Shown in pieces: positions 62,954 through 64,000 of a stretch of DNA of 64,000 bases. This stretch comes from Marsupella aquatica. Taxonomy: Eukaryota > Plantae > Marchantiophyta. The stretch lies in contig OZ316891.1 of assembly GCA_973895155.1 (NCBI GenBank), positions 29,499,611 to 29,563,610 of the forward strand, read 5' to 3'. Position numbers and translations under genes: made by a program. How positions within the stretch are numbered: the stretch's first letter is position 1; the number at the start of each line of letters is the position of its first letter. The notes under the pieces are model-generated. The model searched no databases and was not told the origin of the DNA. It saw nothing but the letters and a program-made list of their open reading frames with translations.

Positions 62954-63917
62954 CTAGAGGGCACTCAGATTCCGTTCACAAAGATAGTCAAAAACCTTGG
63001 GTACCATATCAGTGAGGGCGTTTGCAGCTGTAGACAAATTCTCTAGAAACTCCTCTGTTGTGGGCCTATCTCCGTCAACTATATCAGTGACTGCCTTCAA
63101 CAAAACTAATGGAACACCAAGAATATCTGCAACATAGGCGACTGCCGCACCCTGAAGGAACAAACACATAAATCAATGCGGGACACCATTAAATATTTCA
63201 AGCCCATGACAAGGTCGGTTCATATTAAATACGCCAACTTATCATCTATCCCGCAGGTAAGAGACAAATAGTGATACAAACCTCCATGTCCTTGAGTGAC
63301 GCATCGTTGCTCAGAATAATTTCCTCGTCTTTGGGAGTGATATCAAGTGAATTTCCAGTGGACAGTTTACCTTCCTGAGAGGTCCAGACGAGACCGTGAA
63401 CAAATTCAGTCTCCAAACCAAAGTAATGAAATGACCACCTTTGCTGGTCACATTTGACACATTTTTTAATATGAAAAGTCTGAATCTGTATTTAATAATG
63501 TAGCGACTCAATCCACAATTTACTCAGATTTTGTTCTCTAGAGGAGGACACACCTTTAAAGTAAGCTCCTTCACGAGGTTTGGTGCAGGAGTTGCTACCA
63601 AAGCACCAATTCCATATCCTACAAAATTCTGCAATGGCCAAATGAATTCAGTACACTGCAAGATACAGTTTGCCTTGTCCGGTCATACCAGAAAACTATT
63701 GTCAACTTTTTATGTTGTACAGAGAACGTTGTTGAAACTTGCAAAGGACCCCTCCCAGTAAATCTCCCCAAAAAGGTTAATCACTTGGTCAATAGAAGTT
63801 ATTGACAAAAGAGAAAGCAGTAGGGAGGTCAGAGAACAGTACTCCAATGGGTATCCTCCGATCATGATTGGCAGTCTCTGTAACAAGGAATACGTCACCA
63901 ACTTTAGCCCCCTTCCT
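62954..63917 (-). CDS. MTN: 5'-methylthioadenosine/SAH nucleosidase, last four exons (63917-63843, 63628-63554, 63374-63282, 63151-62954); the 5' end lies beyond the window
   Basis: GAKVGDVF...HDRRIPI, YGIG, GKLSTGNSLD...KDME, GAAVAYVA...KAVTDIVDG...EEFLENL. GT-AG introns. Confidence 0.93.
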
Positions 63918-64000
63918 CTGAAAATGCACAGAAGCCGTTAAGGACAACCGAAAATAACGCACCACCCAAAACTGAAATTGAAAGTTTGTCATTGCAATGC

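Overview
Eukaryotic nuclear DNA from a land plant. GT-AG introns, an MFT-like PEBP gene, DUF2921 genes, plant L1 LINEs and teloboxes suggest a bryophyte such as a liverwort, though the taxon is inferred. Genes: an intronless eIF2B-gamma, a 7-exon fibrillarin hosting intronic box C/D snoRNAs, a 4-exon MFT-like PEBP gene, two damaged DUF2921 copies, an intronless fungal-type short-chain dehydrogenase (HGT candidate), an orphan germin last exon, and the 3' exons of MTA/SAH nucleosidase. Mobile DNA: a decayed P-element-like DDE transposon, two L1 LINEs, two TRIMs with tRNA-like LTRs, MITEs and tandem repeats. The most intriguing signal is in fibrillarin. Intron 5 carries two paralogous U60f/snoR60-like snoRNAs with diverged second guides. 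Intron 6 carries a further C/D RNA whose D-box guide is complementary to exon 3 of its own host gene, a candidate autoregulatory loop. All rRNA targets and family assignments come from recalled conserved motifs, not from database searches.
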